64,000 nucleotides of DNA. Source: Octopus sinensis (lineage: Eukaryota). Shown here piece by piece: positions 29,552-43,059 of the stretch. A program made the position numbers and the translations under genes. Below the pieces are notes generated by a model, which was not told where the DNA came from, searched no databases, and was given only the letters and a program-made list of their open reading frames with translations. Position 1 is the first letter of the stretch, and every line of letters begins with the position of its first letter. The stretch lies in the NCBI RefSeq assembly GCF_006345805.1, contig NC_043011.1, forward strand, positions 9,858,001 through 9,922,000, written 5' to 3'.

Positions 29552-29582
<31 letters not shown>

Positions 29583-29919
29583 TACCTACATCTCCACAGT
29601 CATTGTTATGCATTAATCTTGCACAAACCATGCAACACACGCTCAGTCTGACATTAAAAATACATAAACACATCAACCACACAACAAAAGAATCTAACTC
29701 TCACTGGACAGCATCAACACAACTGAGGAAACACTAAAATAATACCGAAAACAACAAAAGAAAATCCTTATCAGAAAACCGATTCTGTATAGAAACATAA
29801 TTGTCCTTTTTGTAAAAGACAAAAGTTCCATACATCCCAGAGACCTTGAGGTGTGTTCCTGGGTTTTAGAGTGGGGCCTCACATTCAAAACTGTTGAAAA
29901 TATGATGATGATGATGATG

Positions 29920-30430
29920 ATCCTTTCTGCTATAGGTACAAGGCCTGAAATTTTGTGGGAGAGGCTAATCAACTATGTCAACCCTAGTCATCAACTGGTT
30001 CTTATTTCATCAACTTCCAAGAGAATAAAAGCAAAGTCAACTTTGGTGGTATTTGAACTCAGAACATAAAGGTGGATTAAATGCCACCATGCAGTTTATC
30101 CAGTGAGCTAACAACAACAACAACAACAACAATAATAATGCTTTCTCCTATAGGCACAAGGCCTGAAATTTTGTGTAGAGGGACCAGCCGATTACATCGA
30201 CCGCAGTGTTTCACTGGTACTTAATTTATCAACCCTGAAAGAATGAAAGGCAAAGTTGACCTCTTCTAATTTAAGCAGGTCAATAGTTTTGAGGGACGGG
30301 AAGTCAGTTACCCACTCCCATCCTCATCCCCCGTTGGTGTTATTTTATTTTATCAATGTTGAAAAGATGAAAGGTAAAGGTGACTGCAGCTGGAATTGAA
30401 CTCAGAACATAAAGAAGAGCCAGAAGGCAT
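29920..30430 (-). mobile_element. Cluster of about 3 degraded Meta-SINE-like copies
   Basis: Repeated AAGGCCTGAAATTTTG, GATGAAAGG.AAAG.TGAC and GAACTCAGAAC. Confidence 0.65.
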
Positions 30431-30672
30431 TTAGCACAAGGTTTTTAGTTCCACTGTCTCATGATTTTCTCTCTTCACAACAACAGTAACAACAACAATA
30501 AATGATAAATACCTTTTGGAGTTTCGCAAAACGAATACACAGTAGAAATTTTTCCAGCATTTTTAACCAATTCCAGAAAATTGAGAATGGAGTCCCAGAA
30601 GAACTTTTGTTTCGTGGTTGTGTGTTTGTGCAACAGGAGAAAAAGAAATGAGTAGAGAAATGTGCAACACAG

Positions 30673-30720
<48 letters not shown>

Positions 30721-31828
30721 AACAGGCTTAGAAAAACTGACGGGTTTAGAAAAGGAAATGATTTCTTGAGAGACCCAGACAAACTGCCAATCACTCTTCA
30801 CGTTTCCTTTATTTCCATTTCTACAACTTCCAGCACCACACACCTTTACTTTTCCATAACATTTCCTAAACGATATTTCATTCACACGATGTTGTTTCAC
30901 TCTTTGATTTCTTTCCCATTTTTTCTTCTATTCCTAACCCTACAGGGAACGAGTGAGGCAGGGGAGAGAGAAAGAGAGGGACTATCTTTATAATCTGTAT
31001 TTAATTTTCTCTCATCACTATTGTGGCCAATGCAAGAACTCATATTATTAGTAGTATTATTAACAACAACAACAACAATAATAAACAAGAGAAATCATCA
31101 ATATAAAGAAACCAGTATAATTAAAGAAAGAATTAAAATCATCATCGTCATCATCGTTGTCATCACCATCATCATCATCTTTGTTGTCATCGTCTGTGCT
31201 TAAAGGAGTTTTATTTATTTATAGTCCCTGTTGTCAGTAATCTGTGTTTCCAGTTCAACGTGCGTCTTGTGAGAAAGGATTCCTGTTGCAGTGGATTTAG
31301 AGTTTATTTTTAGGGAAATGTCAATCGTGAAAACACTCCATCAGAGGGGGGGGGGGCAGCAGTGGGTGATGGGGCAGAAGGATTTGCCAGTGAAAAGAAA
31401 TGATGTCATTTATAGGAAAGTAAGATTGTCATTTTCGAATGGGTGGGGGTGGCTGGAAGTAAAGAACACACACACACACACACACACACCTTTACACAGA
31501 TACCTTTAGATACAGTGACACATGACTTCACTCACACACAATCAAAAATGATTCAAAGATGTTAGGAATAGCAGAGGGAGCAAGGCAGGTGGATGGTATG
31601 TGAATGGAAAAGATGGAGTAGGGATCGTAAGAAAGGAGGGAATGACGATGATGATGGCAATGATATCGATGGTGATGGTCACAGTGAGAGTGGTGATGTT
31701 GATGAGAATGATGATAATGATGATGGTGATGACAGGGACAGTTGTAAACATTTAGAAAATGGAAAAGAAATAATGAAGATTATTTCTGTCAGTGAGAAAC
31801 ACAGATTAATGATGAGAAGTGTGAGAGA

Positions 31829-32180
31829 GAGTGGAGGTGGAGTGTGAAGGTGAGTGGAGGTGGAGTGAGAAGGTGAGTGGAGGTGGAGTGTGAAGGTGAG
31901 TGGAGGTGGAGTGTGAAGGTGAGTGGAGGTGGAGTGAGAAGGTGAGTGGAGGTGGAGTGTGAAGGTGAGTGGAGGTGGAGTGTGAAGGTGAGTGGAGGTG
32001 GAGTGTGAAGGTGAGTGGAGGTGGAGTGTGAAGGTGAGTGGAGGTGGAGTGTGGAGGTGAGTGGAGGTGGAGTGTGAAGGTGAGTGGAGGTGGAGTGAGA
32101 AGGTGAGTGGAGGTGGAGTGTGAAGGTGAGTGGAGTGTGAAGGTGAGTGGAGGTGGAGTGTGAAGGTGAGTGGAGGTGGA
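31829..32180. repeat. Minisatellite, 23-bp purine-rich unit, about 15 copies
   Basis: GAGTGGAGGTGGAGTGTGAAGGT tandem array with few variants. Confidence 0.95.
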
Positions 32181-33159
32181 ATAAAGATGGAGAAGCATCA
32201 GGAGGGAATGTTGGGAGGGGGAGATTTTGAATAGAATTATTTCAAATGGAAAGGTATGAAAACTAAAAATACGACCTGACAATAGACTTAACATAAGTTT
32301 TGGGAGTATCTTAATTAGTGAGTCTGTTAATTAGTGACTTTATTAGTTTGTGAGTATCTGTCTCAGTCAGTGAGGATCTCAGTGATCCATGTCATAGTGA
32401 CATGAAAATCAATCATTCAATCATTAAGATAATTAACTTCTCTATTGTTGCAACAGGGTTTCAAAACCTATTCCATTTGGCGGACCCTTAAACTTACATT
32501 CCACGTCTTTGGAGGAAACTTGTACCTTCCTCAGCTCAGAGAACCCCAACATCACAACACTTTCATATCTTTATTAATATTTTTCTTTCTTTTTCCTAAA
32601 CCTAAATTCTGCAACAAGCTAAACAACCCCTAGAACAAATTTGGAAAGATTTACCAATGCTAAATTTATCAGACGCCACAAACAAGTTAGAAAAAATTTT
32701 CATCTTTACCAAAAATTCGGTTCAACTAAATTTCCTGACAATTCCATCTTGAGGGTGTTGTTATCTCACAACATCTTCCCACTGCATCCAGATGTCAGAA
32801 TTTCTGTACTTTAAAGTACATTGTATATCATCATCAGCATTTTATGGTCTACATTTCCTTGCTTATAAAGATCAGACAAAAGTATGTTGGGATGCAGTTT
32901 TCTATGACCAGACACCATTTCTGATGACAACTCTCACCTGTTCGCAGGTGAGATAATAATCTCCAAGTCTATCAAACAACAAATGATTACAAAGAGAACT
33001 GAAAACAAATTACCTCATTTGAATGAATCTCATTTTTACAAAGCTTATGCAACAGGTCAACAGGTCATTGTTTTCCACCTGGGATATATTTTTAAAAGTT
33101 TGCTGATGGATTTTAAAAATTGGTTTTTTCCCCCTTTTCTTCCCTATGTAGTAATTTCA

Positions 33160-33360
33160 AATTTTGGCACAAGGCCAGCAATTTTAGGGTAGGGGATAAT
33201 TCAATTACATCAACCCAAGTGCTCAGCTGGTACTTACTTTATTATCCCCAAAAGGATTAAAGATAAAGTGAACTTGGGTGGAATTTGAACTCAGAACATA
33301 AAGATGGACAAAAGGCTGCTGAGCCCCTTGCCCAGCAAGCAAAGAATTCTGCCTTCTTGC
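33160..33360 (-). mobile_element. Meta-SINE-like copy
   Basis: GGCACAAGGCCAGCAATTTT...GGAATTTGAACTCAGAAC...AATTCTGCC. Confidence 0.65.
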
Positions 33361-33914
33361 CAATATCTCACTGTACAAAATCCAAAGATATTTCAGATCC
33401 AGAATTACCACAAAGATGCTTTGAATAATATTTTCATGGCATTAATTCTAATTGCTCTTTTATAACGTCAAAAGGCATTTTGTCAATTGACTATTCATAT
33501 TGTTGTTGCTGTTGTTGTTGTTGTTGTTGTAAAGTTTCATTCAGGTTTTAAAATTCTAGGAATTAGAATAAAAGAGTTTTTTTTGTTGATGGAGAAACAC
33601 AGAATTACTTGACTAATTGCTTTGCCAATCAACTGCCTCACATTCTCTCATTAATTTTTCATTATCCACTCACTGAGTGCAATTGTTAATTAATAGACAC
33701 ACACACACACACACAACAATTGCCAGATCTTTTGCATTTTTCTCCTTCATCCTTCAATCATTTCCTGCAATGGTTCTCTGTGTATGTGTATATATATGCA
33801 TATTATACACATTTGTATGGCTACACATGAACACACATATATCTACATACATACGTTGACATATTTATGTATTGTGTACATATGTGCATACATATACTGA
33901 CATATTACGCACAT

Positions 33915-34021
<107 letters not shown>

Positions 34022-34080
34022 CACATACACACATAGAGGGAGAGATGCATACGCAGAAGAAGTGTGTGTGTGTGTGTAGA

Positions 34081-34130
<50 letters not shown>

Positions 34131-34736
34131 GACATACATACACGTGTATGTATACACTGCTCTCACACACTCACACTCACACAGAATTTAATCCTCAGTG
34201 TGGAAATATTCAGTGTTGCTTGTTTTCATATAAAATTATTAGAGATTATAGCCCTCACTTCCTCACAAGCCATGCATAAAAATACATATATGTGCATAAG
34301 CATGTATACCTATATGTACGTGTATGTATATATGTATAATTATATGTATATGTGCATGAGTGTATAAGTATATATGTGTTTGTGTATGTGAATACACAAA
34401 ACACACACACACACACATGAGATTTGTATTTTTCAATTTACATTTCGACTAATTAATTTAAAGGAAATACTTTGCAATCACTCACCAACGTAGTTATATA
34501 ACGAGGGAAATTTCAAATTATGGAGACTTATTTGTTGTCTGTTGTTAAAATTCGAAATGGATCAATAAGGAATGCACTAAAAGACTCCAAACACTACAAG
34601 AGTGTTGTTGATGTTGTTGCTGTTTTGAGTTAGTGTCCAACCGAGTTTCCAGATTATTAGCTCCATCTTCTCAGGTTTCTATTTCCATCATTTAATTCTG
34701 TTGGATTCTGGGAGTGTCTTTCAAACTATTTATATA

Positions 34737-35110
34737 TCATCATCAGGTCCGATGGGCAAATGGGGAGGGTGTCATGTGCTGTTTTTGCATGTTGCTGCAT
34801 CCACCATTTGTCGGTATATTACCAGACCCCCTGGGTGACCCACTGAGTAGAGTGCTTGTCAGTCTCACTCTTCTCAAGATACTTCCTCATATGGTCAACC
34901 AATACAAGCTGTCAACCCAGCCAGACCCTCAGTGAAGAGGGCACAGTAAGCAGGGTCTAAGTTAGCAAATTGAGCAACATGGCCAAACAGTCTGAGCTGA
35001 CGACCCCCAAATTATACAAGTATCAGGATGCATCCCAGAACCCCTAATCTCGTGAAGTGTCTTGGTACCAAGGGAGTTCATCATCTAATGTCCACCCTCG
35101 GTGATGACAA
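34737..35110 (-). mobile_element. Degraded RTE LINE 3' end
   Basis: RQLRLFGHVAQF...DPA motif on the minus strand, ending in a short TGA repeat. Confidence 0.55.
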
Positions 35111-36697
35111 TTGGACAAAGTCTGCAGTGGAGAATGTCTACATCACACTCCATTGTCTGTTTTGGCACAATTTCTATGGTTGGAAGCTCTTGCTAAAGCC
35201 AACCATTTAAATTGCTTTGTAACTTGAAAGACTAAAGGGCTGAGAGGAAGCCTCTATCACCGAAGTGGTGGGGAGAGTACAAGGGTTTCAGGCAAGATAA
35301 TGAAAATGGGGGTGAAATATGATGTGAGGAATAGATTTACAGCTGTGAGAGGGTACAGAGAGGTGACAGTAACAGAGTAGACACTGTTGGAGGAGGCATG
35401 GGGGGGGGGAGCATGAAGGAAGGAAAATAGATGAGGATGGCAAGGATCCAGAGAGAGTCAATGAAGGAAAAACAGGTGTGAGGGTCATGGGGGGATAGGG
35501 AAGAGAATGAGAAATGTGGAGATGAAGAGGTGGTGGCAGAGAAAGTGTGAGGAGAGGACAGTGAGAGAGAGAGAGATGTGGAGAGAGAAAGAGAGAGTGA
35601 GAGGGAGTGATGGGTGGCAGAGATGACTGAAGTGAGTGAGGAGATTGATAGGAAAAATGGGCAAAAGCAGAACGATGACGATTGACCAATACAGTCTTTC
35701 CTAAATTAATCATTAATCTCAGGCTGTTTACAGCTTTATTCATTAATGCTAGACTCTTTGTGCTTAATTCGTTATCCCCATCTTCCTAATACTAACAAAA
35801 CAAGAAAAAAGAACATTATTATTACTATTATTATTATTAACATTATTACTATTATTATTATTATTATTATTGTTGTTGTTGTTGTAGTTATAGCTCCATC
35901 TATCTTTGTAACATTAGTTATTGGTTTTAGTCTGGAATAAGCTGACATTCCACAAAAGAAAGCCAAAACTTTGGTAACGGAATTGCTTTTACTTCAGAAG
36001 GAAAATGAAAGAAAAGAAAGAGAGTGGTTTTGAAGATGCTGGAATATTCCATATTGATATCCATAGGGGAGTCAAGCTGTGGAAATATACAGAAACACAT
36101 ACACACACATAAATGACGATGTAAGAACGGTGTCCGGTGTTTCATCACACCATTATCACCACAGGCAGCAGCAGCAGCATCCAGCATAGTTATTTCTGCT
36201 GAAGATAATTTTGTGTCTGACAGAAACATCAAAGTCAGGAGAAAACAGGAAACGGTTTCTGAGAGTCCAACAAAAAGACTGGTTCTTATTTTGGCTCTTT
36301 TAATACTTCGCCTTCTTCCTTCCGTTTCACGTGAACACTGAAGAGGAGGAGATGAACACTTAGCCTCCGTTGCCAGAACTGCTGAGAACAGCGAGAGACA
36401 TCGAGAAAGAACATTCCAGTCTGGTCAATCTGAAATCTTTAAATCAACTGAGAAAAAAAGCAAACATCAATAAAAAAGGCTAATCAAAGCAAAACTCTAA
36501 ACTAATTACTTAAATTCATTAATTAAGGATAATAAAGATATTCTTGTGTGTTTCTAAAACTATTTTATTTAAATAGACACATTCCAATAAACTGCTACAT
36601 ATGTATATGTATACATACATATACACATACACGCACGCATGCATACATACATACATACACACATACACACATACATACATACACACACACATACACA

Positions 36698-37803
36698 TGG
36701 ACGGTTCGACCGGGGTCTGGGAAGCCAGGAGGCTGCACCAGGCTCCAGTCTGATCTGGCAGTGTTTCTACAGCTGGATGCCCTTCCTAACGCCAACCACT
36801 CCATGAGTGTAGTGGGTGCTTTTTATGTGCCACCTGCACAGGGGCCAGAGGAGGCTAGCAATGGCCATGATCAGTTGGTGCATTTTACCAGCACGGTAGC
36901 CAGTAAAGGCAGCGCTTGTATCGGCCACATTCGGATGGTGCTATTTACGTGCCACCAGCATGGGTGTCACAACTACAATTTCTATTTGATTTTCATTTTG
37001 ATGTTGACATACTTGACTCAGTAGGTCTCCTCGCAGGTTGCCCTACGATCCAAGGTACTTTGAATGGGCTGGGGTTGGTTATGCGAAACTGGCGTAGGAT
37101 ACAGCTGTGAACTCCCTTTATTTGCCGGGTCTTCCCAGTCACAGCATATCTCCAGAGGTCTCGGTCTTTTGTCATTGCCTCTGTGAAGTCCAACGTTCAC
37201 AGATTCTGGATTCCTTCAACTCTTTGAGAGTGACACTTCTTCACACATCTATCCTCATCCATCTGGTATGACCATACCAGTGCAAACGTCTCTCTTGCAT
37301 GCCACATCCTATGTTTCTTATGTCCAACATATCTCTCAGGGTGCTTATACTCTGTCATGCATGCACACTGACATTACACATCCAGCGGATCATGCTAGCT
37401 TCCTTTCTTTTGAGCCTACGCATGTCTTCAGCAGTCACAGCCCATGTTTCACTGCCATGAAGTATGGCAGTTCGCACACATGCATCGTACAACCTACCTT
37501 TCACTTTGAGCGAGACCCTTTGTCGCCAGTAGAGGTAGAAGCTTTCTAAACTTTGCCTAGGCTATTCTTAATCTAGTGGTAACACTCTCTGAGCATCCAC
37601 CCCCACTACTAACTTGGTCACCCAGGTAGCGGAAGCTATCGACTACTTCTAGTTCCTCCCCCTGGAGTGTGATGGAATCTGTTTCCTGAGCATCAGTGGT
37701 GTTTATTGCCCCTGTGCATCTGCCGCACACGAAAGCTATCTTCTCGGTTAATCTTCCTCTGATGTTGCTGCATCTCTTATGTGCCCATAGCTTACACTGG
37801 GTA
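36698..37803 (-). mobile_element. 5'-truncated RTE-clade LINE: PHD-like finger, RT C-terminal part and 3' UTR
   Basis: CTQCKLWAHKRC...FVCGRC precedes EVVDSFRYLG, followed across stops and frameshifts by LHGSETW, MIRWMC, RRLHWYGH and DRDLWR. It runs directly into the abundant GGCGTTAGGAAGGGCATCCAGCTGTAGAAA repeat. Confidence 0.88.
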
Positions 37804-40299
37804 CATATATATATATATATATATACACACACATAATACATATATATATATACACAGAGTTAAATTTGTTGACGAACACACAGTTTGTTTTGCTCTATAG
37901 GAACTTACTGAAATCTGGTTTCATTAAGTTTATTCAAAATAAAGCAAATAACAACAGCAAACCCTTTCCAGGTTGACAGGGATCGGACTGGTAGCCCCCA
38001 TTTGATTTGGTATTCAGAAGTATTGTACCCTTGGAATGGTTGTGTGGTCCTTACATTGTATGCATTTCTTTTGGGGTTCGGCTTCTATGTCTAGATACAC
38101 TCCCTAACACAATCACTTTACACACACAGTGCACAGCAATGCTTTCTTTCTCAGCACCAGAGAAATGTCACATTCTTCACCGAGACTAAACAATCCTCAC
38201 AACTTCATGTTTTATGCTGAGTGTAGTTCTTCCTGAGACCAACCCAACAAAGGCAACCATGTCCTCAATACAACTAAACAGTTCTTGATGAAAATGATGA
38301 TGAACATCATGATGATGATGATGATGATGATGATGATGTGTGTATGCATGTGTGTGCATGTATGTGTGTGTGAACATGTATGTGTGTGCGTGCGTGTGTG
38401 TGTTTTCTTTTTTAAGCAGCTGCAATCATGATACTTCTCACCAAACCAGCAGTCCCTCACTGCTTGAATTTCCAGTTGAATTGTCTCCATCATGACATCA
38501 ATGAAGCTGAGAGGTCTTCATCCTCTGTGAGGGGGTGGAAGTCTCCAAAATAATAACACCTAATTTAGCCTGGTGTTCAACACCACAGCAGTGGCCAGGA
38601 AAGCCTACTCTATGTTAAGCAACAATTGTAGAGAAAGTGGAATGTTGCCATAAAATTTCCTCTTTGCTCTTTTGTTCAGATATATCAACATCATCATCAT
38701 TACCACCACCGTCATCATTTAACACCCATTTTCCATGCTGGCACGAGTTGGACAGTTTGGTAGGAGCTGGTAAGACCAGGAGCTGCCCCAGGCCCCAATT
38801 GTCTGTTTTGGCAGGATTCTTCCAGCTGGATGCCCTTTCCTAATACTGAACATTTTCTAGAGGGTGCTGGGTACTTTTTATGTGGCACCAGCACTAAGAG
38901 TGGCCACCACTACATGACATTAGGGGAGACTGACCAGAGGGACATTACAACATGACTGAACAAGTCCTTAAATAATAAAGAAAGGTGTCCCCAGATATTT
39001 GGCTCTCAAAGAAGAATCCACACAACTAAACACAATGATTATTGGTCACTATGGGAGAGTCCCTGGAGGAATAAAAAGGCAGAGTGGAACTGCATGAGTT
39101 TTGAATCTTAAACCAAATGGGCAAAAATTAAACAAAGAAAGCAATTAGGTTCAGTAAATAAATTTGTTGTCCATCTTCATTGATTCTGTGTGTGTGTGTG
39201 TGTGTGTGTGTTTGCAAAAACATATCCACACACAAATATATATAAACATACACAGACATGTACATGCAGTGTTTTTTTTTTACTCTTCAACCACTGTGAG
39301 TTATTAATTAACAAGATGACTTATTATCACCTCACCACACACACAAACACACACACACACACACACTTGCACTCACTGTTAACGATATTTCTTTCTTCTT
39401 CTCGATAGTTATTGCAGCAATTATTTCATTAGTTGTTGATAGCCAAAAGCCATAATGATTACGATGGGTTGTTTATTGTTGACTTTTGGGGTAGTGTTTG
39501 TGGGGGAAGGGTAGTGATGGTGATGATAATCGTGGTGGTTGAAGGGGTCATGGTAGTGATGGTGGTGACAGAGGTAGTAGTGGTAGTACATCTACATGTT
39601 CCTCAGTACAGATAATTAAGTTCTACACAATTAAGTTATAACGAAGCACCCAGTCGACATTGACCCAATTAATGGAGACCAGTGACAGGATTAAATGAAT
39701 TCCATAAACAAGATTGGACAAGTCAGAGACCCGAGGGACTTTGGCAGCGGACTTTAAACTGAAGGCGGAACATTAAATCCATAAAGTCATGGAGAGGACA
39801 GGGAGCTTCTATAAATCTTTCATTTCCACCACCACCCACTTCCCACAACATACATACACCCAGTCAGAACACTGCAGGTTCTAAATTATTTATATTTCAA
39901 CCACCCCACCCACCCACTCCCAACCAACCCGTATTTCACATTAGAAAAAAAAAATTGTTTTCTCTGAATTAATGGTTTCATATTTTCTGTCCATATTTTA
40001 GGATTAACTATTCTAATCCGTTAATTCTTTAATTCACTAGATGGAAGTGGAACCCATAGTCAACCCAGCAGACTGCTGTGAGAAGTGACATGGCAGCAGA
40101 AAGTTTTTCTCAAACACTAAATTTTGAACTTGGAGACATGGAGTTTCTCAAAAGCAATCCTGACTTTTTCTAAAAACTTTTTTGCTTCATTTATTTTAAT
40201 TTTATACATGAAACATTACACAGCAAAGTTGGTGGAAAAGAGACACACAGACACAGATACTTAGGCAGTATTGTATATATGTTTATATATATATACATT

Positions 40300-40840
40300 G
40301 TAGTAGAGGGAACCTGTGAAAGAAGTAAACCTAGGAAAACCTGAGATGAGGTGGTGAAGCACGGCCTTTGAACATTGGGCAATAAACTGTGCCTGTTGAG
40401 GCAAGCGAAATCGTTGCCATGGCCAATGACAGTACTGCCTGTTGGCATCCGTGCCAGTGGCACATTGAAAGCGCCATTCGAGCGTTGTCATTGCCAGTGC
40501 TGCCTGACTGGCTCCCATGCTGGTGGCATGTAAACAACACCATTCGAGCGTTGTCATTGCCAGTGCCGCCTGAATGGCTCCTGTGCTGGCAGCATGTAAA
40601 AAGCACCATTTGAGCATGGTCGATGCTAGTACTGCCTGACTGGCTCCCATGCCAGTAACATGTAAAAAGCACCCACTACACTCTCGGAGTGGTTGGCGTT
40701 AGGAAGGGCATCCAGCTGTAGAAACTCTGCCAGATCAGATTGGAGCCTGGTGCAGCCTTTTGGCTTTCCAGCCCTGGTCAAACTGTCCAACCCATGCCAG
40801 CATGGAAAGCGTATGTTAAACGATGATGATGATGATGATG
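40300..40840 (+). repeat. RTE 3'-tail repeat copy with about 4 internal units
   Basis: Tandem GCC.GTGGCA.GTAAA..GCACCATTCGAGC units, the conserved body and a (GAT)n tail. Confidence 0.8.
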
Positions 40841-41063
40841 TGTATATGTAGCCTCATACATACACACATACATCAGATAGCCTCACATACACATGCATAA
40901 ACAGACACAATTCACACATACATGCATGCACACTCATGAACACACACACACAAATCCACATGTACCAGGTTAATGTTGTCCTCTCTTCTGACCCTCCTCT
41001 CAAGCCTATTTCTTTCCCTTCTGGTCATTTCAGCATTGACCATCAAATTATGAGATGTTCGTA

Positions 41064-42344
41064 TCAGGTCATTAAGAACAAAATGTCCAATTTTGAACTG
41101 AACGTTTATTTTACTTTATCTCAACAGAAAGCAATGCAGTTTAATCAAAGTATGCACTTAAATTATCAACACAATTTTGCCATTTTATGGGTAGCATTCT
41201 TATACTGGCAGCAAAGAATTCTGGAGAGCAAGAGGTGATGAAATCATGTTTTTGCATCTTCCTTACAAAATGTTTTTTCCTTACAAAATGTTGTCTAATG
41301 CTGGGAAAATGTGATAGTCAGTTGGTGCAAGGTCTGGTGAATATGGTGGATGACAGAGTGCTTCCAAGTTCAGTTCCTTCTTATTTGAGTAACATTATTT
41401 GTGCAACATGTGCTCAAGCATTGTCTTGCAAAAGAATTGGCTGCCTGTCTCTCTTGACCAATCTCAGTTGTTTAATTGCAAGTTCACTCATCATTTCAAC
41501 CAATTGGTTGGTGTAGACATCTACTGTAATTGACTTACCAGGTCTCATGAAGCTGTAGTGGACAACACCAGCACTGGACCACCAAGCAGACACCATTAGC
41601 TTTTTCTGCTGGATATTCTTTTTTAGATTGTGTTTTGGCACTTCGTCTCTATCCAACCACCACGCAGAATGCTTGCTATTGTTGAAAAAAATCCATTTTC
41701 CATCACACATAACAACACGATGCAAAAATGGTTCGCTTTTATGCTGTGACAACAAAGAACAGCATCTTTCAAGACGATGTGTCATTTGATGCTCGTTCAG
41801 TTCCTGTGGTACCCACTTGTCCAGCTTCTTTACCTTTCTGATTCGTTTCAGATGGTCCAATACACCTGGAATTGAAACATCCAGCCTTGCTGACAACTCA
41901 AGCGTAGAGTGAAATGTATATGCTTCCTCTACAGTTACCTGTTCATCATTATTCGCCATGGTCTCCATTCAACCACGGAGCTGATTTTCAAGAGTAAAGT
42001 CACCAGACCAGAACTTCTCAGACCATCAAGGTATAGCCTGCTCATTCACCACATCTTCACCAAACACCTCATTGATGTTTCGAGCTGTCTGGGATGCATT
42101 GGTTCCATGATGGAACTCATATTCATAAACAACACGAATTTTTGATCTCTCCATGGGTTCACAAAAAGGATTTACAAGAGAAAGCTCACAATATAATCAG
42201 ACACAATGAACTTGCATTTCGAAAAGTGATGATGTAACTCTTCAATGTTGTAAAACAAAGAATTATCAGGATAAAATGTTCGAGTTTTATGGCTGTCAAA
42301 CTTGGTGCAGAAGAAAATCGGACATTTCATTCTTAATGGCCTCA
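41064..42344 (-). mobile_element. Full-length (1281 bp) mariner DNA transposon with disrupted transposase
   Basis: TIRs TCAGGTCATTAAGAACAAAATGTCCAATTTT and TGAGGCCATTAAGAATGAAATGTCCGATTTT, each flanked by TA. Transposase from ATG 42154: MERSKIRVVYEYEFHHGTNASQTARNINEVFG, WVPQEL, MCDGKW, LLQDNA and, in a shifted frame, HPPYSPDLAPTDYH. Contains stops and frameshifts. Confidence 0.95.
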
Positions 42345-42680
42345 TAGTTTTCTCTTTATTTTCTCTCTCCTCATCAATCCATTCTGCAGAAGAGTCAATG
42401 TTCAAAACGGTAAAGACTCTAATTTTCTTCACTGTCAACCAAGAACAATCTGCTTGTTTGATTTTTTTCATCTCATCATCGTACTTTCTTTTATTTTTGT
42501 ACCATGTGTGTGTGCGTTTGTGTGTGTGTGTGCTTGTGTGTGAGTGTGCGTGTGTGTGTGTGTGTAAACTAACATATTTGTGTATGTAGGTATTGCTTAT
42601 ATTATACAATTTAATATATATCTGTATATGCATGTTTATGCATACACATGTATGTGTGTGTGTGTGTGTGTGTGTGTATA

Positions 42681-42960
42681 TCATCATCATCATCAAACGT
42701 ATGCTTCCCATGCTGGCATGGGTTGGACAGTTTGACTGAGGGCTGGCAAGCCAAAAGGCTGCACCAGACACCAGTCTGATCTAGCAGAGTTTCTACAGCT
42801 GGATGCTCTTCCTAACGTCAACCACTCCGAGAGTGTAGTGGGTGCTTTTTACATGCCACCAGCATGAGGGCCTGTCAGGTGGTACTGGCATCGACCATGC
42901 TTGAATGGTGCTTTTTTTATGCCACCGGCATGGGAGCCAGTCAGGCAGTACTGGCATCGG
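42681..42960 (-). repeat. RTE 3'-tail repeat copy
   Basis: Same family, with (CAT)n at the left end. Confidence 0.8.
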
Positions 42961-42991
42961 TGTCTATAAGTCAGTCTGTATACATGCGTGA

Positions 42992-43059
<68 letters not shown>

